A stretch of DNA of 32,000 nucleotides from Erysipelotrichaceae bacterium MTC7 (lineage in GTDB: Bacteria; Bacillota_I; Bacilli_A; Erysipelotrichales; Erysipelotrichaceae), in assembly GCA_001695645.1 (NCBI GenBank), contig LVZN01000001.1, forward strand, positions 1 through 32,000. The letters run 5' to 3'. Both the position numbers and the translations under genes were made by a program. Positions 8,281-18,527 of this stretch are shown in pieces. The notes beneath the pieces are model-generated. The model searched no databases. It saw only the letters and a program-made list of their open reading frames with translations, and was not told the origin of the DNA. How positions within the stretch are numbered: the stretch's first letter is position 1; every line of letters starts with the position of its first letter.

Positions 8281-8499
8281 AATAGTTTCTTCAAAGCCCG
8301 GAGAATACAATATCAATCTCCCTTAGTAAATTAGGAAGTAAAAATACTTCCGCTCAAATTGCCAGTTTATCTCCAGTGGAAAAGTGTAAGGATTATTTTT
8401 TCTGAAATTGGAAGTTTCATATCTTTCCAATACATAACCCTCAGAAGAAACAAAACTACAGGAACTGGCTACGCATAAAACAGAAGGAGGAAGAAGAAA

Positions 8500-10812
8500 A
8501 TGATTTATGACAACCTACCACAGCTAATCAAAGATACAGGTCAGTGCTGTGTTTGGAATTTAGAAAAAAGAAAAGGTCGCAATACTAAAGTGCCATATAA
8601 CCCTATCACAGGAAGGCACGCTTACGTTGATAACCCAGAAACCTTTGTAGATTTTGAAACTGCTGTAAATGCAGTCAGTAATTACAGTGGTATCGGTATT
8701 CGCGTGAATGGTCGCATTATTGCCATTGACCTTGACCACTGTATCGAAAATGGTCAACTGCTCTCGTGGTCAAAAGAAATCGTAGAGCAATTTAACAACA
8801 CCTACATCGAAATCAGTCCTAGTGTTACAGGCATTCGTATCCTTGCACTTATGCCGGAGGGCTACACCTATGATAGCAGTACCTTCTATATCAAGAAAGG
8901 CAATGTGGAAGTTTATGTTGCAGGTGCTACTAATCGCTTTGTAACACTCACAGGAAATGCATATCAACATTCTGATGTAACGGAGCAGGCTGATGCTATG
9001 CAGTGGCTACTTGATACGCATATGAAAAGAAAGCAGCCACTCAAGATGATTAATCCGAATTTAGAGCGTGACAGCTATCTTTCTGACGAGAGTGTGTTGG
9101 AAAAAGCTATGAAAGCAGCGAATGGCGAGAAGTTCAAAAAATTATGGAATGCAGACACCACAGGCTATTCCTCTCATAGCGAGGCAGATGCAGCACTCTG
9201 TTCTATGCTTGCATTCTACTGTAACGGAAATATGAAGCAAGTGGACAGGCTCTTTCGACAATCGGCACTTTATCGTGACAAATGGGACGAACAGCGTGGT
9301 GCAGACACTTATGGCAATCTCACGATTATGAAAGCAGTCGGCAATATGAAGAATTTTTATCAGCCAATCAAAATCAATCCTAATACGGATTTTAACGATG
9401 AACTGCAAAGACTCGTCACGCACAATCCATCGGACACGCTGAAATATCCGTGGACGGATATTGGTGCAGGAAAACTGTTTGCTGACTTCTACAAAGAGGT
9501 TCTCCGTTATGTGCCGGAACGCAGGAATTGGTTTTGCTACGAAGATGGTGCTTGGTCTATGGATACAGGTGGACTAAAAGCAATGCGATATTGCATGGAA
9601 CTTGCAAATTTTCTCCATCTGTATGCACTGGAAATTAAGGACGAGCATCAGAGAAAAAGTTACATGGATTATTCCAAGCGATGGCAGACGCATGGCTATC
9701 GTGTAAATGTTCTAAAGGACGCACAGGTGCATCATCCTATTTCCTTTTTGGAATTTGATAAAGACCCATACATCTTCAATTGTAGTAATGGCACTCTACA
9801 CCTTGATAGTGGGAAGTTTACGGAGCATTGCAGTTCTGACCTGTTGACGAAAATATCCGCTGTTGCTTACGACCCTTTGGCTCACAGTGAGCGTTGGGAC
9901 AATTTCATAACAGAAATTATGAGTAATGATCAAGACAGAGCCTTGTTCCTGCAAAAGGTTCTGGGTTATGCCCTTAGTGGTGATACCCGTCATGAATACA
10001 TGAGTATCCTCTATGGTGCTACCACCAGAAATGGCAAAGGTACGCTCTGTGAAAGTGTACTGAAGGTATTCGGCAGTTATGGCTGCACAGCAAGACCTGA
10101 AACCATTGCTCAGAAGAACAGCACCAACAGTTCTCAGCCAAGTGAAGATGTTGCCCGCCTTGCAGGAGTACGCTTTGTAAATATCGCAGAACCGGGAAAA
10201 AGTCTGGTATTGAATGCAGCTTTAGTAAAAAACATGACAGGCAATGACACTATCAATGCTCGTTTTCTCCATGAGAACAGTTTTGATTTTTCACCACAGT
10301 TCAAGCTGTACATCAACACCAATTATCTGCCTGTGGTAAACGATATGACGGTATTTGCCAGTGGACGAGTTATCATCATTCCTTTTGAGCGTCATTTTGA
10401 TGAATCGGAGCAGGACAAAGGCTTAAAGCGTGAGTTCATAAAACCACAGGTGCAATCAGCAATCCTAAATTGGCTGCTGAAAGGCTATGAGCAGCTACAA
10501 CTTCATGGACTGCATATGCCTCAGTCGGTCATCAATGCCACAGGTCAGTATGAGCATGACAGCAATAAAACTTTACTGTTTATTGAGGATTGCTTGGGGG
10601 AAGGTGCGGATTATGAAGAACGTACCTCTCAGGTCTATAACCGTTACAAATCGTGGTGCATGGAAAACGGACAATACGCTGAAAGCATGAAGAACTTCAA
10701 GCAGAGCTTGTCTGCTGTGATGGAAGTCAAGCGTAAGCGTCCAAAGTCCGGTGGAGAGAAAACCACAATGGTCGTTGGTTATCGGTTGATATCTGATTTT
10801 CTCCGAGGATAA
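8500..10812 (+). CDS. Replication protein: N-terminal prim-pol type primase fused to a P4/D5-family SF3 helicase (phage/plasmid primase family)
   Basis: Catalytic acidic motif (IAIDLDHC) and YIEISPSVTGIRIL. Primase C-terminal motif (SHSEADAALCSMLAFYCNGNMKQVDRLFRQSALYRDKWDEQRGADTYG). Walker A is GATTRNGKGT. An AAGGAGG RBS lies 9 nt upstream of the ATG. Confidence 0.88.
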   Translation: MIYDNLPQLIKDTGQCCVWNLEKRKGRNTKVPYNPITGRHAYVDNPETFVDFETAVNAVSNYSGIGIRVNGRIIAIDLDHCIENGQLLSWSKEIVEQFNNTYIEISPSVTGIRILALMPEGYTYDSSTFYIKKGNVEVYVAGATNRFVTLTGNAYQHSDVTEQADAMQWLLDTHMKRKQPLKMINPNLERDSYLSDESVLEKAMKAANGEKFKKLWNADTTGYSSHSEADAALCSMLAFYCNGNMKQVDRLFRQSALYRDKWDEQRGADTYGNLTIMKAVGNMKNFYQPIKINPNTDFNDELQRLVTHNPSDTLKYPWTDIGAGKLFADFYKEVLRYVPERRNWFCYEDGAWSMDTGGLKAMRYCMELANFLHLYALEIKDEHQRKSYMDYSKRWQTHGYRVNVLKDAQVHHPISFLEFDKDPYIFNCSNGTLHLDSGKFTEHCSSDLLTKISAVAYDPLAHSERWDNFITEIMSNDQDRALFLQKVLGYALSGDTRHEYMSILYGATTRNGKGTLCESVLKVFGSYGCTARPETIAQKNSTNSSQPSEDVARLAGVRFVNIAEPGKSLVLNAALVKNMTGNDTINARFLHENSFDFSPQFKLYINTNYLPVVNDMTVFASGRVIIIPFERHFDESEQDKGLKREFIKPQVQSAILNWLLKGYEQLQLHGLHMPQSVINATGQYEHDSNKTLLFIEDCLGEGADYEERTSQVYNRYKSWCMENGQYAESMKNFKQSLSAVMEVKRKRPKSGGEKTTMVVGYRLISDFLRG

Positions 10813-11067
10813 ACACAGGGGGCAGTATGGGGCAAGTAATATAGGTATTTCTCTATAGGAAATCAATATTTTCATATAACCATTTTTTCTTGCCACAATA
10901 TGCCCCACCACTGTGACCATTGGGCAACTGTGTAAAAGGTAGCGTTTTACGACCTTAGCATTTACTTGAAAGGGGTGATGCTTATGATTGCATAACTTTG
11001 GCTCAAAAATGAGCATAACTCGCTTTCCAATTATGGAAAGCAACAACAACGAAAGGAGGCGTTTGCC

Positions 11068-11277
11068 ATGATGAACAAAGAAGAATTTGAAAAGTATTTC
11101 AAGCTTCACAACAAGATCGTGCTTTATACCAAGGATAATATTCCTATTACATTCTCAAAGGAATATCATTTTCATTTTAGCGGAGGTCATTATGAATTTG
11201 ATATTGCAGATTGTGAAGACCTTGCAGACTTCTGCAAAAAGCGTGGTCTTTATCTGAAACCAAATAATGTTCAGTAA
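11068..11277 (+). CDS. Hypothetical small protein (69 aa)
   Basis: A GGAGG RBS lies 8 nt upstream of the ATG. The ORF is clean and non-overlapping, sitting between the primase and capsid genes. No motif was recognised. Confidence 0.5.
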   Translation: MMNKEEFEKYFKLHNKIVLYTKDNIPITFSKEYHFHFSGGHYEFDIADCEDLADFCKKRGLYLKPNNVQ

Positions 11278-11500
11278 TAAGCCTAGGTAGGGGCGGTCAG
11301 AATCTCTACCACTATTATAGCGGAAAACGGGGCAAGGCTCTCACGCACAAAAACGCAAATTCAAAGGGGTAATATACCCCACCTGCTAATGCTTGAAAAT
11401 GGCGTATTTATTGGCTTTAGAACCTTGCAATCCGTTTGAAATCGTTTGAAAAAACTATATTTATTCAAAAAAAATCAAACATTTAAGGAGGATTTTAATT

Positions 11501-12439
11501 ATGAATGAAAACACAAAAATTACTCTCCATACAGGAGACCCAGAATACGATAAAAACTTTTGGAACCTTGCACGAGGAACAGGTGGATACGAAGGATCGC
11601 TTGCTATGTGTACTGATCGAGCAACAGGTGGTTATCCACTTCCTGCTGTGGCTCAGAATAAGTTTTCCGAAGCACTGAACAAGGAAAGTCTATTCAGACG
11701 CATTGGTACTACTATGAATGCTTTAAATAATGGATATCGTATCTTTGCTAAAGACTGTGAAGATATTGCTATGTGGGTGCCAGAAGGTGGTGCTATTCCA
11801 ATCTATGAAGGCATTGAAGATTTCACGGAGCATAGATTAGAAAGCTATAAACTTGCTGCCTTTGTAAAACTCGATGAGGACTTTATCCACGATGTTAGTT
11901 TTAACATGGAGAAATATCTGATTGAGCGTTTAGCAATGAACTTCTCTAAGGGAGAAGAAAACGGATTTATCAATGGAACAAGCAATGCAGAACCAACCGG
12001 TATTCTTGCAGAAACAGGTGGTGCTGATATTGGTGTGACAACTACTGCCCTAACCTTTGATGATATTACAAAATTATTCTTCTCCGTTAAGCCTGAATAC
12101 CGAACAAATGGTAGTTGGATGATGAATGATGAAACAGCACTTTACCTTCGTAGCCTTAAAGACAATGATAGTAACTTTTTATGGCGAGGAAGTACCGATA
12201 CGCTTATGGGAAAACCTGTGATTATTTCTAATGAGATGCCATCCATTAGTACAGGTGCTAAAGCTGTAGCCTTCGGAGATTTTTCTTATTACTGGGTAGT
12301 CAATAGAAAGCTTATCTCTGTAAGAACTCTAAAAGAGAAATTTGCACTTCACGATCAGATTGGTTATCTTGCGTTTGAATTTGTAGATGGTCGCTTAATA
12401 AGATCAGAAGCCATCAAAGTTATTCAGATTTCTGAATAA
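11501..12439 (+). CDS. HK97-family phage major capsid protein (312 aa) lacking an N-terminal delta/scaffolding domain
   Basis: Phage_capsid-type motifs: NFWNLARGTGG...ATGGYPLP near the N-terminus, GFINGTSNAEPTGIL, LMGKPVIISNEMP, and AFGDFSYYWVVNRKLISVRTLKEKFALHDQIGYLAFEFVDGRL. A TAAGGAGG RBS is present. Confidence 0.85.
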   Translation: MNENTKITLHTGDPEYDKNFWNLARGTGGYEGSLAMCTDRATGGYPLPAVAQNKFSEALNKESLFRRIGTTMNALNNGYRIFAKDCEDIAMWVPEGGAIPIYEGIEDFTEHRLESYKLAAFVKLDEDFIHDVSFNMEKYLIERLAMNFSKGEENGFINGTSNAEPTGILAETGGADIGVTTTALTFDDITKLFFSVKPEYRTNGSWMMNDETALYLRSLKDNDSNFLWRGSTDTLMGKPVIISNEMPSISTGAKAVAFGDFSYYWVVNRKLISVRTLKEKFALHDQIGYLAFEFVDGRLIRSEAIKVIQISE

Positions 12440-12461
12440 CTAATCATTACCTAATCTACCG

Positions 12462-12689
12462 ATGGAGAAAGGTGCATACAAAATGAATAATGAAATTAAC
12501 AAAAGCCGTATCACCGAAACTTCCATCGGTGGAACGGTGTACATTGTGGAATCTCTGGTTAGTGATAAAGCCAAAGAAACTGCCTATACCAAGGTCAAAA
12601 GGCTCATTATAAGCAATTCCAAAGACCATATAAAGTTATCAGAAACGACACAATTATTATCGCCAAAAGACTACACTTCAGCGAAATAG
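12462..12689 (+). CDS. TnpW-like small transposon-encoded protein. The true start is probably the ATG at 12483.
   Basis: The segment RITETSIGGTVYIVESLVSDKAKETAYTKVKRLII resembles the TnpW family found in Tn4451-type clostridial elements. This is recalled from memory and was not searched. The gene lies directly upstream of the serine recombinase. Confidence 0.5.
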   Translation: MEKGAYKMNNEINKSRITETSIGGTVYIVESLVSDKAKETAYTKVKRLIISNSKDHIKLSETTQLLSPKDYTSAK

Positions 12690-12710
12690 TACGGTAATAT
12701 GTCATACTGA

Positions 12711-14460
<1,750 letters not shown>

Positions 14461-14505
14461 CAAGGGAATAAAATCCCTAAGACGCACCCTCTAAGTGCGC
14501 TTTCT

Positions 14506-14952
14506 TTATGGAACAATGGGATCGCAATTGAAATCTTGATCAACTAAGCGTTCGCGAAGTGTTTCCACATTCTTAACATCTGCCTCTGTTAATGGAACAT
14601 CAAACAAATGAAATGGATCATGTTCATAATCGTATCCATCAAGTTCCACGGTGATGATGTGTTCAACCATCGCACGGTCTAACACAATCTCTGAGGTAAT
14701 TCCCGGATTTCTTAAAATCTTTTTCTCATATTCCTCAATTTGTTTTTTCTTTTCTTCTACTTTTGCTTGGAAATCACCTTCATATATATATTGTCGTGAA
14801 ATCCGTACTTGTGTGATATTCGTACCACGATAATTGATTTCATAATTATTGGTCTTAAATGAACAAATCATTTTTTCACCATCAATTAACTTACAACCAC
14901 TTGTACTAACAAGCAAAATAAAGATGCATACTATTGTTATATATTTTTTCAT
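14506..14952 (-). CDS. Putative lipoprotein (148 aa), function unknown
   Basis: Signal peptide with a lipobox-like sequence (IFILLVSTSGC). It overlaps the upstream tagF-like gene stop by 4 nt. Confidence 0.6.
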   Translation of the reverse strand: MKKYITIVCIFILLVSTSGCKLIDGEKMICSFKTNNYEINYRGTNITQVRISRQYIYEGDFQAKVEEKKKQIEEYEKKILRNPGITSEIVLDRAMVEHIITVELDGYDYEHDPFHLFDVPLTEADVKNVETLRERLVDQDFNCDPIVP

Positions 14953-16073
14953 GATTGTTCACCACCCATAATTTGATCAATCAATGCCATCACGCGTTTG
15001 ATTGACTTTCCATCTTGATAAGCAAAGAACTTATTACGAAATGCTTTTCGCTCTTTTTGATAGCAATCGGGTGCTTGAATTGCAGCAACGACCGCATCCT
15101 CACTTTTACAGATTTGACCTGGCATCTCTTTTTCATAATCAACAAAGAGTCCTGGATTTTTTGCATACTCGTCGAGATCAGGAACGTAGAACACCATCGG
15201 TTTATCAAAAATAGAGAAATCAAAGATAATTGCAGAATAATCAGAAATCAGTACATCTGTCACCGAGAACAGTTTCTTGATACTCATTCCGTTGCAACAG
15301 ATAACATGTGAATGTGTATCGATGGTGCGATTGGTAAGTAATGGGTGCATTTTATATAAAATTACATACTCATCACCAAGTGCATCAATGATTTTATCCA
15401 GGTTGACTTGTCCATCACGAAAGCCAGCCATTAAGCGTCCACGAAAGGTCGGTGCATATAAGACTACCTTTTTTCCTTTTATCTCAGGAAACTGCTTATA
15501 CATGGCCTTGCGGTCTTTCTCAATCTTACGTTTTTTAAATAAACGATCGGTCTTGGGAATTCCTGTTACATACACCTGGTCTTCATTAATATTGAAAGCT
15601 TCTGCATACGGTTTACGGAAGTATTCACAATTGCTAATTACATAGTCATAGTTTGCGATTGTATAATCACGGTCAACAACATTACCAAATTGTTTAATTG
15701 CTCCTGTCGCATGCCACAATTGCAAAACTTTCACTTCCTTGCGTTTGAACTTACTTACCACATAGTTGTTGTAATCAAGAATTACTAAAGCACTTGAGTT
15801 AATAACAAACAACTGTTTGATACAAATAAAGAAATACTGAAGATTTCCCCATAAAGTCTTTTCAAATTTCGTAAGTAAATAATAAAGATGGTATTTATCC
15901 AACTCTTTTTCATTTTCTTTTTCTAGAGCTCTAGACAGCAAACGAAAATCTCCTGCTAAATGCTCATGTTCTAAAGAAACGAACGTAATCTTTTTTGGAT
16001 CCACCTTCACAAAAACTAAAAAAAGGCGAAAAAAACTCAAAATGACATCAAGTATGATTTTCTTAAGTTTCAT
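14949..16073 (-). CDS. CDP-glycerol glycerophosphotransferase family protein (TagB/TagF-like)
   Basis: Glyphos_transf-like features (LQLWHATGAIKQFG, VVLYAPTFRG, YKMHPL, DVLISDYSAIIFDFSIFDKPMVFYVPDLDEY). Confidence 0.85.
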   Translation of the reverse strand: MKLKKIILDVILSFFRLFLVFVKVDPKKITFVSLEHEHLAGDFRLLSRALEKENEKELDKYHLYYLLTKFEKTLWGNLQYFFICIKQLFVINSSALVILDYNNYVVSKFKRKEVKVLQLWHATGAIKQFGNVVDRDYTIANYDYVISNCEYFRKPYAEAFNINEDQVYVTGIPKTDRLFKKRKIEKDRKAMYKQFPEIKGKKVVLYAPTFRGRLMAGFRDGQVNLDKIIDALGDEYVILYKMHPLLTNRTIDTHSHVICCNGMSIKKLFSVTDVLISDYSAIIFDFSIFDKPMVFYVPDLDEYAKNPGLFVDYEKEMPGQICKSEDAVVAAIQAPDCYQKERKAFRNKFFAYQDGKSIKRVMALIDQIMGGEQS

Positions 16074-16090
16074 TTTTTCACCTTCACTTT

Positions 16091-17341
16091 CTAATGTTGG
16101 ATATCTTTACCTTCAAAGACAATATCGACAACACGTTCACTTGCATGTCCGTCTTGTAGATTGTTGAATTCCTTATTGAAGGATTCCAATCGACTGTAGT
16201 CGTAATTTCCTGCTTTAATTTTTGCAAGTAGTTCATCTTCATCTTGGATAATATCTCCAGGAAGTGTTGTATGAATATCAAAATAAAAACCACGAAGTTC
16301 TTCTGCATATTCTTTTAAATCAAACATGTAGAAGTACATAGGTCGTTTCAAATTGGCATAATCAAAGAACACACTGGAATAATCAGTTACCAATACATCT
16401 GCAATAACATACAGTTCATTGATATCACGCCCTGCTCTTACATTGCGTAAAAACTCACGCAACTCTTCATCTTTTTTGTACTTATTGATAATCAAGTAAT
16501 GAGGTTTGTATAACAATACATACTCATCACCCAAGACCTCTTTCCATTTATGGAAATCCGCTTCTAACTCAAATGTATAACCGCGCTCAGTATACGAGTT
16601 ATCACGCCATGTTGGCGCATAAAGTAATACTTTCTTTCCTTCAGGAATGTTGTATTTCTCTTTCAACGCTTGCACTTCTTCAGAACTCACATTGGTTAAG
16701 AAATCATTTCGTGGGTACCCGGTTTCAATCAAACGTTCACGATTGATTCGAAAGGCACTTTGAAACACTTTTGTACTAAAAGCGTTTGGACTAATCATAT
16801 AGTTGTACTTACTTACATCATTGTCATAGGTTGATGCCATTTGATCAAAGTTCATCCCACTACGATAGTACGTAACCTCTTTATCTTTTGGACGAATGAT
16901 ATCATGTGCCAAACGTTTTAACGGCGTACCATGCCACGTTTGCAAATAGATTTGTTCATCTTTTTTTATAATGTGCTTTGGCATCTTACAGTTGATGACC
17001 CAGTACTTCGCTTTTGACATATAGTAAAAATACTTCAATCCGTTATAACGGATAATCTTAGCATCTGGAATTCGGGTAATTTTAAATTTCTTTACAGCCC
17101 AAACAAACGTATAATCTTTGTATTTTGGACCATTCATTAAATATTGATGAATTGCTTTTGGATTATCAGAATATCCTCTTCCATGGAAGGAAATAAAAAT
17201 AACCGTTTTATCATCAACTTTTATTTTTTGGTACATGTTTTTATAAATGATTTTTGAAATCTTCGTAATCACACGACGTACAAATCGCATCACTTTACGC
17301 AGACGTTTTCGCATTTTCTTTTTAATCTTTCTTAGGCTCAT
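16091..17341 (-). CDS. CDP-glycerol glycerophosphotransferase family protein (TagF-like)
   Basis: LQTWHGTPLKRLAHD, VLLYAPTWRD, YKPHYL, DVLVTDYSSVFFDYANLKRPMYFYMFDLKEY. Confidence 0.85.
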   Translation of the reverse strand: MSLRKIKKKMRKRLRKVMRFVRRVITKISKIIYKNMYQKIKVDDKTVIFISFHGRGYSDNPKAIHQYLMNGPKYKDYTFVWAVKKFKITRIPDAKIIRYNGLKYFYYMSKAKYWVINCKMPKHIIKKDEQIYLQTWHGTPLKRLAHDIIRPKDKEVTYYRSGMNFDQMASTYDNDVSKYNYMISPNAFSTKVFQSAFRINRERLIETGYPRNDFLTNVSSEEVQALKEKYNIPEGKKVLLYAPTWRDNSYTERGYTFELEADFHKWKEVLGDEYVLLYKPHYLIINKYKKDEELREFLRNVRAGRDINELYVIADVLVTDYSSVFFDYANLKRPMYFYMFDLKEYAEELRGFYFDIHTTLPGDIIQDEDELLAKIKAGNYDYSRLESFNKEFNNLQDGHASERVVDIVFEGKDIQH

Positions 17342-17744
17342 CAGTATTGTTTGCTCCTTGTTTTAACTGCGCTTTAATTTGCGTTGTCGAAATCCCTTCG
17401 GTACGCGGTAAATAGACAACCTCACAATATGGTTTTAAATGGTCAAATTTACCTTGCCAGTCTTCTCCAATTACAAACACATCCACATCATATTTTTGAA
17501 CATCTTCTACTTTTTGTTCCCAAGAATCTTCAAAAATCACTTCATCTACATATTTAATCGCTTCTACAATGGCAGCACGATCCGTATCTTTTACCTGGCA
17601 TTTTTTCCCTTTTTCTTCCCAGTTAAAACGATCGCTTGACACTGCAACAATCAAATAATCGCCGAGTTCTTTTGCACGACGTAACATATTTAAATGTCCA
17701 ACATGGAATAAATCAAAGGTTCCATAGGTAATTACTTTTTTCAT
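17322..17744 (-). CDS. tagD: Glycerol-3-phosphate cytidylyltransferase
   Basis: MKKVITYGTFDLFHVGHLNMLRRAKELGDYLIVAVSSD is the canonical HxGH cytidylyltransferase N-terminus. RTEGISTT is near the C-terminus. Confidence 0.93.
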   Translation of the reverse strand: MKKVITYGTFDLFHVGHLNMLRRAKELGDYLIVAVSSDRFNWEEKGKKCQVKDTDRAAIVEAIKYVDEVIFEDSWEQKVEDVQKYDVDVFVIGEDWQGKFDHLKPYCEVVYLPRTEGISTTQIKAQLKQGANNTDEPKKD

Positions 17745-18517
17745 TTCGTGGTCCTTCCTGCCATAATCTTAGCTTTTTGTTTCTTTTGTTCCTCTTTACT
17801 CAAGGCTTTATATTCTTCTACATATTTCTCATACGCATCGGCAACCTCATTCACCGTGCCTTGCATGCGTAACTCCCCACCTTCAATCCAAATTCCTTGT
17901 TCGCAAAATTCACGAACTTGACTAATTGAGTGAGAAATAAAGAAAATTGTTTTTCCTGAATCACGCAGTTCAAACATTTTTTCCATACATTTTGCTGCGA
18001 ATGCTTTATCTCCAACCGATAACGCTTCATCAACAATTAATATTTCAGGATCAAGTGCAATCGAAATGGAAAATCCAAGACGCGACTTCATCCCACTTGA
18101 GTATTTTTTTACGGGTTGGTATATGAAATCTCCAAGTTCCGCAAATGCGATAACATCTTCGATAATCTCATTGATGTGTTTTTTACTTAAACCAAGCAGA
18201 GCACCTTTCATCTTGATGTTTTCAATTCCGGTAAGTTGGTCATTCATCCCAGCCTTAATCGCAATGAGTGCTTGTTCTCCCACAATCGTTACATTTCCTT
18301 TTGTTGGATAAGAAATTCCAGCTAGAATGTTTGAAAGTGTACTTTTTCCACTTCCATTGGTTCCTAGAATCCCAACAATACTCCCTTTGGTAATCGAAAA
18401 ATTAATATCACGCAAGGCATAAAACTTCTTTCGTTCCCCAAACCATCTTTTTTTCTTGTCTTGTAGCGTATAGACTTTATCTACATGCTCAAAAGCAACA
18501 ACAATTTCTTTTGCCAT
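17741..18517 (-). CDS. tagH: Teichoic acid export ABC transporter ATP-binding protein
   Basis: Walker A is GTNGSGKST, the signature is YSSGMKSRLGF and Walker B is ILIVDEALSVGD. It is adjacent to an ABC-2 permease and the tag genes. Confidence 0.9.
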   Translation of the reverse strand: MAKEIVVAFEHVDKVYTLQDKKKRWFGERKKFYALRDINFSITKGSIVGILGTNGSGKSTLSNILAGISYPTKGNVTIVGEQALIAIKAGMNDQLTGIENIKMKGALLGLSKKHINEIIEDVIAFAELGDFIYQPVKKYSSGMKSRLGFSISIALDPEILIVDEALSVGDKAFAAKCMEKMFELRDSGKTIFFISHSISQVREFCEQGIWIEGGELRMQGTVNEVADAYEKYVEEYKALSKEEQKKQKAKIMAGRTTK

Positions 18518-18527
18518 AATTCACCTC

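Noticed and set aside
8097-8294. 65-aa minus-strand ORF in the HTH/primase spacer
   Set aside because: It has no RBS and its composition is highly basic and low in complexity. Its extent coincides exactly with the 60-bp tandem repeats, so it is best explained as a by-product of reading through them.
10845-10860. The 12-mer ATTTCTCTATAG, shared between the element (10847) and the tagG upstream repeats (19432, 19457), as a possible common regulatory or att motif
   Set aside because: In a 32-kb AT-rich window compared on both strands, tens of shared 12-mers are expected by chance. Only the 20-bp tandem duplication itself is statistically meaningful.
10573-11109. 178-aa minus-strand ORF spanning the primase 3' end and the downstream spacer
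   Set aside because: It is antisense to a well-supported gene, runs through an obviously non-coding inverted-repeat region, and has no RBS or recognisable motif.
11501-12439. Capsid-like gene interpreted as a bona fide encapsulin nanocompartment operon
   Set aside because: The sequence motifs are of the phage Phage_capsid/HK97 type. No cargo enzyme with a targeting peptide is adjacent, and the context is a mobile element. This is kept only as a minor alternative in the capsid finding.
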